DNA from: Guillardia theta CCMP2712 | Lineage: Eukaryota > Protista > Cryptophyta | Direction: 5' to 3' | Length of the DNA stretch: 64,000 bases | Assembly (NCBI RefSeq): GCF_000315625.1 | Contig: NW_005434657.1 | Coordinates: 535,319 to 599,318, forward strand | Shown: positions 1-11,514 of the stretch, one piece after another | Layout: the number at the start of each line of letters is the position of its first letter | How positions within the stretch are numbered: position 1 is the first letter of the stretch | The notes under the pieces: generated by a model | The model's input: the letters and a program-made list of their open reading frames with translations, nothing else | Databases searched by the model: none | What the model was told of the DNA's origin: nothing | Made by a program: the position numbers and the translations under genes

Positions 1-3000
1 AGCTGGAAAGTGCTGCGAAGGTTGAAAATGAGAATCATTTGATCTGAGTGTAATTGTTTTTGATCGAATACTTCCTTTACAGAACTCTCAAGAAAAGGCG
101 GACTTTTTCCAGAAGCAGCTCGAGTCTGCAGAGTCAAGATTCAGAGAAGCTCTTTATCAACAGCAGCAGTCAAGATGTGATGATCCCTTCACTGATCCCT
201 TTCTCCTGACAAATCTCGAACAGCACTCGCAATCGAGGATTCTTCGAATCAGGTTCTCCACACATAGGAGAAATTCAAGGTAGATGACGCTTTCTCAGAA
301 CCAGATTGCAGCCCCATCGACCAGCCTTGAATCAACAGAAGCTAGTCAAGGATCGCGATACAGAATTGTGATTCTGCTTTTTATGGATGACCTTGAGATT
401 GAAAGATACTTCAACAGGCAGAGAACGATATTGCAGCACTGAAGAGTGAGATTGAACAGTTGAAACACGTCTGCCTCTTTTGTTTTCTCACGACTCCTTT
501 GACTTTCCCTTCCAGCATCGCGACAACTGGAAGTCGATTGCAACGCAGGTAAATAATCGTGGCAAACATAGAGCTTCCAATGCAATAGCATTTATCATGA
601 AGGACCTGCAGTCTCCATGTAGGATTCTGATGTTGATCGTCTCCAGCATGAGCAGGAGCTTACGACTCTCCGCCAGCATCTCGACACTAGCAGGGTAATC
701 GATGAGTTTCAATGGATAGGACAGGCAGAATCTTATGCATACCTACAGGAGAGGGCAGAGAAAGAAAGGGCAGAGCTTGAGGTATCCATCTCACACAGAC
801 ACCAGTCTTGGTCAACTTTCTCTTCTTGATCCGGATTTCAGGCCCTCCTCTCCGAGAAGACCACCCTCTTAGCACAAAGACAGGAGGTACCTGCAACCTT
901 GCTTCGTGACCGACTGCTGACGTCATGTTTAGGCCATTTCCAAATTGACCGAGCAGGTTTCACATCTTGTGAAAACATTCTTCCAGGGCGCTAGTGACCG
1001 AGTGAAAGGTTCGGACTGCGACTTCTGAACGAGATCAGCTTCAGCAGCAAGTCGACACCCGAGAAGGAGGCTTGAAGGCCCAGATCAACCAGGTTGGCAT
1101 CTGCAGTTAAAAAGGATGTGCAAATGACATGGACTCAGCTGGAGCTGGAGCGAGATGGTCTTCGTGAACGATACAAGCTGAGCGTGGAAGAAAACGAGCG
1201 ACTTGATGAAATGAGAAAGCAGGTCGGTACTTGTCTGCTGTCTGAGGGACAGATGATGATGAAAGCAGGCCCTTGCAGATTACGAGCGAGAAGTGTCGCA
1301 AGTATAAAACTCCTGGTTCTCCAAAGAAATGAGATTGATAATGTTCTGTGCTCAGCATGCCTCCAAGCTGGAGGAACTGCGGCAGATCCGCTCTCGGCTT
1401 GGGTCAGTCATGATCAAGCTCGTTGGTAGCAGACGATGTGACATGAATGTTCAGAGAGGTCGAGGTTCAACTCAAAGAATCCCAGACAGCTCTCGAAGTG
1501 CGTCATTCCCATCTCATATCGAGTTGCCTGTAAAGGTAATTTTTCTAAAAGGCCTCCAATGGCGAGACTGCTCGCGAGACTGGTCGACTGAAAGAAGAAA
1601 ACAGAAATCTTCAGGTACGATCATTATCTCACCCTGTTTACCTCCTTGTCTCTAAAATACTATTATCTAGTTGCGCATTCAAGATTTGGAGCAGAAGGTA
1701 AATTCCTCCTGACACAATTCTTGTTATACTGACTGTGCAAAAAGATCCAAGACCTCGATGAAAGAAACACTCTGTTGGATTCACAGGCATTGAACAGGCT
1801 CTTGGAAACTTTCGATCGGTCACACTGTGCACTTGCAGCTCGCAAAGATTGACAAGGAGAAGGAAGAACGTCTGCTGTCTTTGTCGGCCTCCATCTCGAA
1901 TGCGGGTATGGCATGCTGCATGTGAATTGGACGTTGACGTGGAGACGAAGATGAGAGCATGGAGCTTCAAGATGACAATGACAAGCAGATGCGAGAGATG
2001 CGAGAGCATCTCAGACGGTATGGAAGCATCCGAACCTGTGAGTTGGGCCCTTGCTCACTTTATTCCCATCTCAGGTTGAAACACAAGCTCGACCTGGCAG
2101 AAGCTAGGTCATCCCGATTGTTTTATCAACCTCGTTGCCTGAAGTAGACGTTTGCAAGGTTGCTTGACTCCGAACAAGAAGCTGCTCGGGCCAAGCAGGT
2201 GATTTTGATGCGTCTGACGTGCAAAGACATGAATGCCTGGGTAGCGTGCAGACCATGCGAATCGAGAGTTGGCGGCGGCGCAATCTAGACTGCAGGTGAT
2301 GAAGGATACAGATAAACGAGCTGTCCCATAACAATTCATGTCTTGCAGATCGAATTGGAGCGCAACAGCTCAATTCTCAACACCGAGAGTCAGTTCCAAC
2401 ACCTTCAGGAACAAGTTCGCAGGTTTACTGATGATCTTCAAAGGAATATGCCTTGATTACGTGCTCCTGCGCAGCTTGAGCATCTTCAAGGAGAGCAACG
2501 CTCAACTTCGAACTGAAGCAAAGGAAGCCCAGGACAAATGCAACGTATTTCGTTGGGCTCGAGTGTTTTGATTTGATGACAACGGTTCAATCAGGCCCTT
2601 GAGAACAAGTTGAAGGAACTTGAATCTTCGATCATGCCGCTCAAGCAGGTTTCGAGCAGTGAAATGTTTCGGAAGATCTCGTGATGTAATGTCAAACAAA
2701 GAGCATTGCGAAGCTGGAGGCGGACAAGAACGTCCTCGACTCGGAGAAGAAAATGGTCTCTCCTTGCATACCTGAAGAAATTTTTCAGTGACTCCTTGTG
2801 CAGCTTGATCAGCAATGCGCGAGATGGCGAGAGAGAGTGACGGAGCTGTCCAACAAGGTTGAAGGATCCAAGTATCACTGCTGGACTGATGCTGGTCATA
2901 GTTTGGTGGTGGTGGAATAGATATCAGCGAGCATGAGAAAGTGCGAAGTGAGCTCGAGAAGGTTGCACAATTTCAAGTGAAATCTCGTGATTGTTAATGC

Positions 3001-5893
3001 CTTGACGACTTTATTTCCAAAGGCGAAGAACGATTTGAAAGATGCGCAAGCTAAACTTGTTGCGATGGTTGGAGCTTTGACTTCTATATCGAAGAATGTC
3101 TCCTAACTGTCACTTCTTCAGACGCAAAAAGAGTCATCTGCCAGACAAGCACTGGCTGAGGCCAACACGAAATTGAAGAATGCACTTGTAGGATAGTTGA
3201 TGGATCAAGGTCGATTGTAACAAGTTGATTCCAGGAGGCGGAAAAAACTGCGCAGACACAAATAGAGCAGGTAAAGATTATCATAAGTATGCTCGGAAAG
3301 CCTAGAAGCTGACACATGCTCCAACAGCTCCAAACAGAAAGCTCCAAGGCAACTCCTATCACCGTGGAGGTCTGACCATTGATACGATCTTTTTCCATCT
3401 TTCCATGAATTTTTTCAAAAGGCGATCCGTGCGCATGAAGAGTTTAAGAAGATGGAGGAGGCAAGACGTGAGGCTGTTCACCGCTGCAAACAGGTCCGCT
3501 CCTACCTCTCGCGCCTCATCTCTATTCCTGATCTCTCCCAGTTCTTGGACAAGAACCAACGTCAGAAAGACGAGTTGAAGAAGCAGGTAGAGTGAATGTA
3601 TACCTGATGTGCTCTTTTTCTGAATCGAAACTTCTTGTCAGGCCGACGAGCTTCAGAAAATGCGCGATGAAAAGAGCAGCCTCAAGGTTCCTAGTCCATC
3701 TTTTTCCGACGAAGCTCAACAGAGGCTGCAGGAGCAGATTGTCCAGGAGCTCGGACAGCAGCAGTCGTCCAACGTCGAGCCTGTGAGGGCATCGCGTGTT
3801 TTCTGCACCGACTGAAGTTCTGTGTGTGTTCAGTTGAAGGCTCAGCTTGCAGAGTCCAAGCAGGAGGTCAACCAGCGGAGCGACGGAGGCCTTGATTGAC
3901 TCTTGGACGCAGATCGAATCCCTCAAGGCAGAGTGCGAGACTCTGAAATCCAACCTTACAAAACTTGAGGTATTGACGGGAAATGTCCCAGCTCGTTGTT
4001 CTGACGTGTTTTCGTAGAGCGAGAGGGATCAACTCCAGCTCACTGTCCAGCAGAAGGAGACTGAGATCAACAACTTGAAGAGCAAGGTCAGTCGGCTCCC
4101 CATTGAGTCCGCATATTTACTTTATGAGCAGGCAAATCCAGCACCAGACACTGAGGTCTTGCGCGCTTGAACTCTCTTGTTGTTCGTTCACTGATATGCA
4201 ATCGGCAATGGCAGTTGCAGAAGCAGCTTGATGAGGCGAAGAAAGAGGTACAGCCATTCCATGACTGTCGAGGATTTGTAGGGCTGACTTTGGTCAAGGT
4301 GGAGAAAGTGAAGGCAGAGAGGGAGTCCCTGCAGGTTGGCCCTATGGCAGCATCGGGAAGAATCCAGTCTGATGATCGAAACCCTCAGGCGGAGATGAAG
4401 CAGATCGTCTCGGGCCTTGAGAGCTCCAAGGCTAAGGTCGATGATCCTGCTTCCTTGTCTTCGCTCGGAGGCTCAGTGTCGACCCAACAGGACAACAAGA
4501 TGCACTCTGACCGCGCCAACACGCTCCTGCGACAGATCAAGGAGCTCAAGAGCAACGATGCCACACTCAAGTCCAAGATCGCGAGCTTGGAGAAGGAGGT
4601 GCGTACAGTTGTTTGCGCTTCCATGTTGATGCTCCTTCAGCTCGATGCCTTCAAGTCGGCAGCAGCTCAGCAGCCGAAGGAGGTTGTTCAGCAGGAGAGT
4701 GCAAGTACCGCAGGAAAAAGGACGGCAGGGCACGACCAGGACGCGAGCTCCACTTCTACCAAGCGACACAAGCCCAGCGAGCAGGTGGGACGCCTGCTGG
4801 GACTTTCCAGAATATGTGCTGATGTTCGCTCTGCAGAGTGAAATCGCAAGTGAGCCCGCGCAAGCATCTGTACAGCCAACTGCGACATCGCAGAAAGACG
4901 ACAACGTAATCTCTGCTTCCACGCCCTTGACCTTTCCGTGATCCCTCCCATTCCTCCCTCCCCTCTCTCCTCCTCTCTCCCACTTGCTGGTGAATGATTT
5001 TCGCTCGAAGCTGCCCGGCGCTATAGCGCAAGAAGCGGTCGCGCCGCCCTCTGAGGTTCAACCAACTGCTGAGGAGGGAGAAGTTGGCCAAGAGGCGACA
5101 GAGAGCGGGCAAGAAATTACTGAGAGCGGCCATGAGGCGACGGAGGGCAGCGGACACGAGGCCACTGAGACAGGCCAGGAGGTGGCAGAAGGCGGTCAGG
5201 AGGGAGCAGAGGAATCATCCGACCCGTCCTCTCTTGGCGAACGAGAAGGAGGAGCCGGACCTCATGATGTAGTTCTTGCTGAGGGGACGCCTGCTGATAC
5301 TACTGAGGAAGGGACGACCGAAGAACCTGGCGTCCTGGCCGCTGACGAGGAGGGAAATTTTCCGGCGGGAGACGCCGAGTCTCTGGAAGACGGAGAGGTG
5401 AGGAGGAAGAGACTTGAATGCGCCGACGAGTGAGAGGACCTCGCAGGGGAGCGACAACGAGGGTGCAGGGGAGATGGACACAGGGAACGAGAGGATGCAG
5501 GAGCAGACCGAGCTCTCCTCTGTCGAGATGCAGGCGCATCATGGAGAGGAAGAGGCGCATGGGATGGAGGGTGATGAAGAGCACATCGTGGAGGAAGGGG
5601 CCGCAGGGTACGAGGGCGGACGATGGAAATGCTGTGCGCTAACAGTCTGGGCAGGGGCCAGGAGGACGTGGAGGAGCTGCTGTCGGCAGGCGAGGAGATG
5701 GCGGTCGAGGGAGAGGGAGAGGGAGAGGGGGACATGGAGGGCGCGGGGATGGCTGACGACCTGGCGCCGGTGCGAGGAGCTTGATGTTGTAAAGAGGTAA
5801 TTTACATGTTGGCAGGACCTGGAGGCAATGGAAGACTCTCACGCTCCTTTCGGCGACGAAGATCAGGGGACCAAGGACGAGTTCCTGTCGTAG
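1..5893 (+). CDS. Nucleoprotein TPR/Mlp1/Megator-like nuclear basket coiled-coil protein (5' truncated by window, many short introns)
   Basis: Spliced exons give a long heptad coiled coil including MREMREHLRR-LKHKLDLAEAR...QLSIFKESNAQLRTEAKEAQDKCN-ALENKLKELESSIMPLKQ...KLEADKNVLDSEKK-LDQQCARWRERVTELSNK. This parallels the TPR/Mlp segment YLRREKEIAE...E(S/T)NxxLRxE...IxPL...RWKxR. It is followed by a long acidic E/G/D-rich tail ending DQGTKDEFLS* (TAG 5891-5893). Confidence 0.7.
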
Positions 5894-5934
5894 AGGAGGC
5901 TGTTGCTGTTGCTGTTGCTGTTGCCGTTATTGCC

Positions 5935-7338
5935 TCATATCAGCATCTTCTGCTTCCCATGAAGAGAATTCCGCTGCAGGAGCAAATCAGCATGGTTGCC
6001 TGCCGTCGCGCCACTCTCACCAGATGATCGTGCAGGAAGTCCAGCTCATGTTGCAGTCTCATGTTGTCAGCCTGCGGCCAGTCAAGAGGGCTGACTGGAC
6101 TCCCGAGGGCACTTACGTGCTGAGAGTGGAGATGCTGGTGGACGATGGCAGGAAGGAAGCGATGCTTGAGGATGTCCTGCATCTTCTGGTAGCAGACACT
6201 GCATGTCACCTCGCCCTCCTGGCTGCTCCTGTCCGAGGTTGTCAAGTTGCGATGAAACTCATCATTGGAGTCACTCACCGCTCCATCTCAGTCTCCTCGT
6301 CCTGCGGAGCAGGCGCAGACAGCTTCACATCGTGCCGGGCTCCGCCCTGCTCCTTCCACTGGGATGCAAAGTGCGACTCACTGTGTGCGTGCTCGCCTTC
6401 AAGGATGATGATCCTCCTGCCGCGAGGCTCTGAGTGCGAGTAGAATTTGTCGACAGATTCTTGCAGCAGCGAGCACGTAACCTCAAAACAAAGTGTCAAG
6501 AGAAGCCGGCATTTAGATGTAAGGATACTTCCAGGTCGCGAAGAGACTTTGCGATGGCATCAATCAAGAGTCGATCCTGCCCATCGATGACAGGCGGCTT
6601 GTGGACAGTTGGCTTGTGAGCTGGCTCGACACAACCTGAACATCATCATCCCTTGTAGACCTGACTGAAACGCTCACGTGGAATTCCCGGAGAGTGTTCT
6701 ACCCAGAGGGCATATTCCAGCTCCTCGATCCTGTGGTTGGCGGAGGAAAGCGCGAGCTTGCACTCCTTGGAGCGATTGAGAAGACTGGAAGCAAGTCTAA
6801 ATCAACTAACCTCGAGCTCTCCTTCAGCTTCTTGCAGTTCGACCTGACAACATCTATGACTTCCTTGCGACATCAAGATTCCTTATCTTACCAGCCTGTC
6901 TTCTGCCGCTGAGGTCGCAATCTTAAGTTGTTCCATGAGGGCTGTAAAGACTAAGTGAGATGAGAGAATAACATGTCAGGTCGCAAGACCCAGGTTCAGC
7001 CGGTACTGCTTCTCACATTCGCCCTCCAAGCGCAAGACTTCGCTATACCAGTCGAACTGACTGTTGGTGAAAGAGAGGCCTGTGCGCAAACACTCAGCGT
7101 CTTCTTCTGCAGTTCCTCGCAACTTTCCATCGCAGGACTTGATACGCTCTATCGGAGCTTCCAACTCGAGGACGAGAACTTCCGATCCATGCATGGTGCA
7201 GTGAACGAATGGAGCCAAGTCTGAACTGCTCGGAGAGATAGGTGACTGGTTGTTTTGACTTGTAGAATTCAATTCTTTCCCAGCAAGGATCGTCTTGGGC
7301 GTCGGAGACCTTCCTCTTCTTCCCTCTACTTTCGGCAT
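5935..7338 (-). CDS. Hypothetical multi-exon protein, partly coiled-coil; 5' end uncertain
   Basis: ORF pieces 6976-7338 and 5940-6278 with GT-AG introns; probable last exon RNSLHGKQKMLI* (stop 5935-5937). No family recognised. Confidence 0.45.
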
Positions 7339-9205
7339 CTCTGCGTCTTCACCCTCACCTTCCCTTGCTGCACATCAGCAAAGTTGTTCTATCCTTCCGT
7401 TACTTGTTGTCGACACCTGTCAGCGAGTGAGCCCCTTTTTCACGCTTTCATGCATGCAGCCAATAGATCCTCATTGATGCATGCGTTCACTCTCATACAG
7501 CCCATCTTCATCAGCAGTTTGACCTCTCACTCAATCTCTGTCTCGTGCTCTCTTCGTCAAAGGGCCGACTTTGTTGCCTTGTGTTCTCGTTCCCTACAAC
7601 TACCAACACACGTGATAGTAACTTCCCTCAGATTCTTTTGAACCGCCTCAGTCCTACCTCAATCTCCTGAAAACTTCATCCTACGAGCTCTATCTAGACT
7701 CAATCATCTCAGCTCCTTCACCTTGGGCTCATCTTATCCCTCAATGTCGGGATCATCGCACAAACCACAACTCTAGTCACACCGAACACGTCATGCTCTC
7801 CTGTTCTCAATCTCTCTTCTACAAGAACTTGTTCAGCCCTTCATCTCTCCATGCTCTCACTTCTCTTGCACTTCCTCCCTGCCCTCGCCCTCTCCTCCTC
7901 TCCCTCTTCCCCGAGGGCCCTTGTCGCATGTCAACGGCGACCTCCACCCCCACCACTCCACCCCCTTCCCATGAACTACCCCACCCTCCACTTGCCTACG
8001 AAGTCTGTCTGGATCCAATAGTACCCTACCCACCCTCTATCAAACCCTCCACCAAATGTGACCCACTGGTCTCCACGTCCCCAGACCCCCCCTCACCCCC
8101 CCACCACCCCCCCAACCCTCCTATTCAGCCCCCACTACCCTTCCTTTACCGTCTCTTTACTTTTATGTCTGTTTGCACACCCCCACCCCCACTGAGTCTG
8201 TTTGCGTACCCCCACCCCCCTGGCGTCTCCATTCAATGATTGATAATGACCTCAAGGAGCGACTATGACGATGATCAGTAACTATGACGCACCTCCGACT
8301 GACGTTGAAGTTTGAACCCTCAGCATGCTGAGCAGTTGTCATTGCCATCATGAATACCATCTCCATCGTCGTCATCGTCATTGACATGTCAGCTGCAATC
8401 TCGAGAACGTCAGTAGACATGATAGCGGACTCTACAAAACCTGCAGCACGCAGGAGACTTGGAGCGTGTGCAGCTAGAGGTGTAAGGTGACCAGAAAGCT
8501 ATACTGATGGCGCACTACAGAATCATGGAAGTCCTACAGGAGCGAGAAAGGGAGAAGCAATGGAAGTACGCAACACTTGCCGAGCACATCGGCTGACAGG
8601 TGAAGATCCCCGTGCTCATGGCCGTCGTGTTCCTGGGGTTACCTCGCCTATTCAAGCCGAACCAAGCGCTGAATGTGTTGGGAAGTTTGCCTACCTTCCA
8701 TCCAGCGGCATCTCCCAGGATTAAACTTGCGTGACTGTCAACCTAGACCAGGGGATGGAAGCTGTGCAGGAGAGGAGACAAGACTGATAACTCGTGTGCG
8801 TGTGAAGCTTCAATATGTTGACGTCTTGCGGATTGAGAAGCCCAAACTCCAGGCTCAAAGCCCCAGCTCTGACTTGATTCCCCACAGTCTGAATGTATCG
8901 CTGCCGTAGGTAGGGATAAGGGTCGGAAAGGTAATTCGTCAAAAAAATCTTTGGACTTGAAAGCACTGAGAGCAAGTTACCTGATCTCGTTGTAAATGAA
9001 GCAGACTGCGTCTATGGCCGTCCCATTCTGGTTCCGGGATCATGTCAGGTGATCAGATCACACTCTCAGATGGTATCACCGCGTCGACCCGAGGCTTGTT
9101 CGCTTGTGCCGCACTTAGTTGGATCAACCATGGATGGTTGTATTGGCATACCCATACCTCTTCCTCTTGATTCATAAGCGCTCCAAGGCCACCTGGTCAA
9201 ATACA

Positions 9206-10747
9206 TCAACGCAGTCGCGTTGTTTTTGAGCATGTTCTACCTGTGATGAAGTGGCTGGAGTGACCGATATCAAACCAAGTCATATTCAAGGAACAGAGCT
9301 GTTGTAAATCTCCATCAGGCATCGGCGTTGTAGTAGGGCTTGACGTGATCTCTGAGAGTGCTGCTGTGGTTGTACCAGCCAGATCAACACACCTGGTGTC
9401 GTTGCGGCATAGCTCTAAACCAGGATCCATGTAAGCAATGCTCGGCCATGAGGCATACCGGCAGGTGAGAGCGTTGTTGGTGAGGCTCAGGAACGAGGAA
9501 TGACCCGCTGCAGATCGATGGTATTGCGTCATTGCCGTGAAATTCACAAAAGCATCTGACGAGATGCATGTCAACTTGTTGTCATTCAGATAAAGAGCCC
9601 AAAGAGTGGGGAAAGCACCATTGAAAGTCCCCTCAGGAATCATGGTAAGCTCATTGTAAGAGAGGTCTAACAACTCCAAGGCTTTTTTACCATCAAAGGC
9701 TCCCTTGGGGACACTCGAAAGCCTGTTGCCCCTTATTCTGAGATCAATCAGACTTGAGAGACCGCTCAAGGATCCATATTCAATGCTTGACAGCTGATTC
9801 ATCTCCAGATACAGCGCTCGCATGCCTGTAAGTCTGCTGAAAACTCCGTTGCTAAGAGTTGTCATTTGGTTTCCATCCAGAAAGAGCACCAGCCCCACTC
9901 CTGGTAGTCCAGCAAACGATCCCTCAGATAAGCTTGTCAGCTGATTGTTTGTAAGATGCAGATTTCCTAGGCCCGATAGTCCAGTGAATGCTCCTTGAGG
10001 GATGCCAGAAAGCTGATTCTCAGAAAGATACAACCTCCACAGATACGAGAGGCCGTCAAACACCCCGACAGAAATGTTTCTAATGCTCAAGGATCTCAAG
10101 TCTAGGTTGCCACTACAGTCACCCCAGCCGCCACAGGTCCCCTCCCTTGTCAGTAGCCCATCCTGGGAGACATGGAAGATGCAGTGTCCGCATGTCACGT
10201 TGGTCATGGCTCCTTGCGAACGGAGAGATGTTGTTCCTTTCAGCAGATGTTTACTCGAACGCGGGTCCTGCAGTATGGGGTTGTTCTCAAGATAGAGATA
10301 GTCTAAGGAAGAAAATGCATCTAAACATTCTTGTGGAAGGACTGAAAGCTTGTTATGCGAAAGATCCAGAAATCGCAAACTAGAGACTTTGCTGAACAAG
10401 GGAGCTGTAATGCTCGATATCTGATTGTTGGAAAGATCGAGCATTCTCAAGCTAGACAGCCCATCGAACACTCCTTCCTCGAGAGTTTCTAGGCTGTTAC
10501 TGGAGAGATCTAGCCTCTCTAAGCTTGAGAGACCATCGAAAACCCCCATTGTGATATTGCTGATCCAATGAATGCCAAGAAACAAAGTTTGGTTGCAATC
10601 TGTACTGCATGATCCCTCCCTCGTCAGGAAACCGTTAGAAATGTAGAAAGTGCAACTGCCGCATGTCACTCTGCTCACACTCTGAGCATCTCGAGCAAAC
10701 ATGGCGAGCATGAGGAGAATAGCTGTCGAACCCGTACCGTACCGCAT
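9206..10747 (-). CDS. Secreted/surface leucine-rich repeat protein (typical-class 24-aa LRRs, two Cys-rich N-caps, C-cap, Thr/Ser stalk); probably continues through further exons towards ~8400
   Basis: ATG 10747 gives MRYGTGSTAILLMLAMFARDAQS (signal peptide). Repeats LxxLxLxxNxLxxLxxGxFxGL; LxxNxLTC C-cap; TTTAALSEITSSPTTTP stalk. A GT donor at ~9240 suggests downstream exons. Confidence 0.88.
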   Translation of the reverse strand: MRYGTGSTAILLMLAMFARDAQSVSRVTCGSCTFYISNGFLTREGSCSTDCNQTLFLGIHWISNITMGVFDGLSSLERLDLSSNSLETLEEGVFDGLSSLRMLDLSNNQISSITAPLFSKVSSLRFLDLSHNKLSVLPQECLDAFSSLDYLYLENNPILQDPRSSKHLLKGTTSLRSQGAMTNVTCGHCIFHVSQDGLLTREGTCGGWGDCSGNLDLRSLSIRNISVGVFDGLSYLWRLYLSENQLSGIPQGAFTGLSGLGNLHLTNNQLTSLSEGSFAGLPGVGLVLFLDGNQMTTLSNGVFSRLTGMRALYLEMNQLSSIEYGSLSGLSSLIDLRIRGNRLSSVPKGAFDGKKALELLDLSYNELTMIPEGTFNGAFPTLWALYLNDNKLTCISSDAFVNFTAMTQYHRSAAGHSSFLSLTNNALTCRYASWPSIAYMDPGLELCRNDTRCVDLAGTTTAALSEITSSPTTTPMPDGDLQQLCSLNMTWFDIGHSSHFITGRTCSKTTRLR

Positions 10748-11059
10748 TTTTCCCGGCGGCGAAAGTTCACCCCACCCCCTATAATCGCAAGCTTCCTCCA
10801 ACCACCCCTTCCAAATCCTGCAATCACCTCTACAATGGTAGGGTGATCGTCGTTAAGGGGTTTTGACCACCCCCACCATCGATTTCTCAGCACCTGACTG
10901 AGGGAGTAGTACCCACCGGGCTACTGTAACCCTCAAAACCACCCCTCCGACCTCTAGCCAGTAGAACTGAGGCAGGACCAAGTAAAAAGTAACGGTTAAA
11001 ACGGTAGGTCAAACGGTCAAAATTGTCGGGGGCAAATCAAAATGCAAGTCCCTTGATTG

Positions 11060-11245
11060 ACTCGAAAAGAGGGAAGGAGACTGAGGAGAGGAAGGGAGAG
11101 GAGTGAAGTGAAGTGGAGACGAGAGGAGAGGGACGGAGAAGGAGAGGGAGGGAGAGAGAGAGAGGGAGAAAAAGAGGGAGAGGGAGAGGGAGAGGGAGAG
11201 AGAGGGAGAAAAAGAGGGAGAGGGAGAGGGAGAGGGAGAGAAAGA
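11060..11245 (+). repeat. GA-rich polypurine low-complexity tract
   Basis: (GAGGGA)n/(GA)n with an internally duplicated unit gagagggagaaaaagagggagagggagaggg. Confidence 0.85.
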
Positions 11246-11514
11246 TGGGATGAAAGATGAACGAGATTAGAAGTGAGGATTGAAATGAAAGATGAATGGA
11301 ATCAAGAAGATGATTGAAGGATTCAACTCCGAGGGAAAGAAAAGAAAACAGCACAAGGATCTCTGCAACCGGTCGATGGAGTGCACACAGATGTTTGACC
11401 ACCATCAGCACATCCATTCATAATTCATAATGATTTCTGACTTTTGAATGCCGAATGATTGACGTGCAGGTTGTGTTTCTTGAGTGCTAGGATATTGCCT
11501 CAACACACGTGATC

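Noticed and set aside
8330-8385. DDDDDGDGIHDGNDNC, resembling a thrombospondin type 3 repeat (minus strand)
   Set aside because: Bounded by in-frame stops with no convincing splice sites; GAT/GAC-rich low-complexity sequence is common here.
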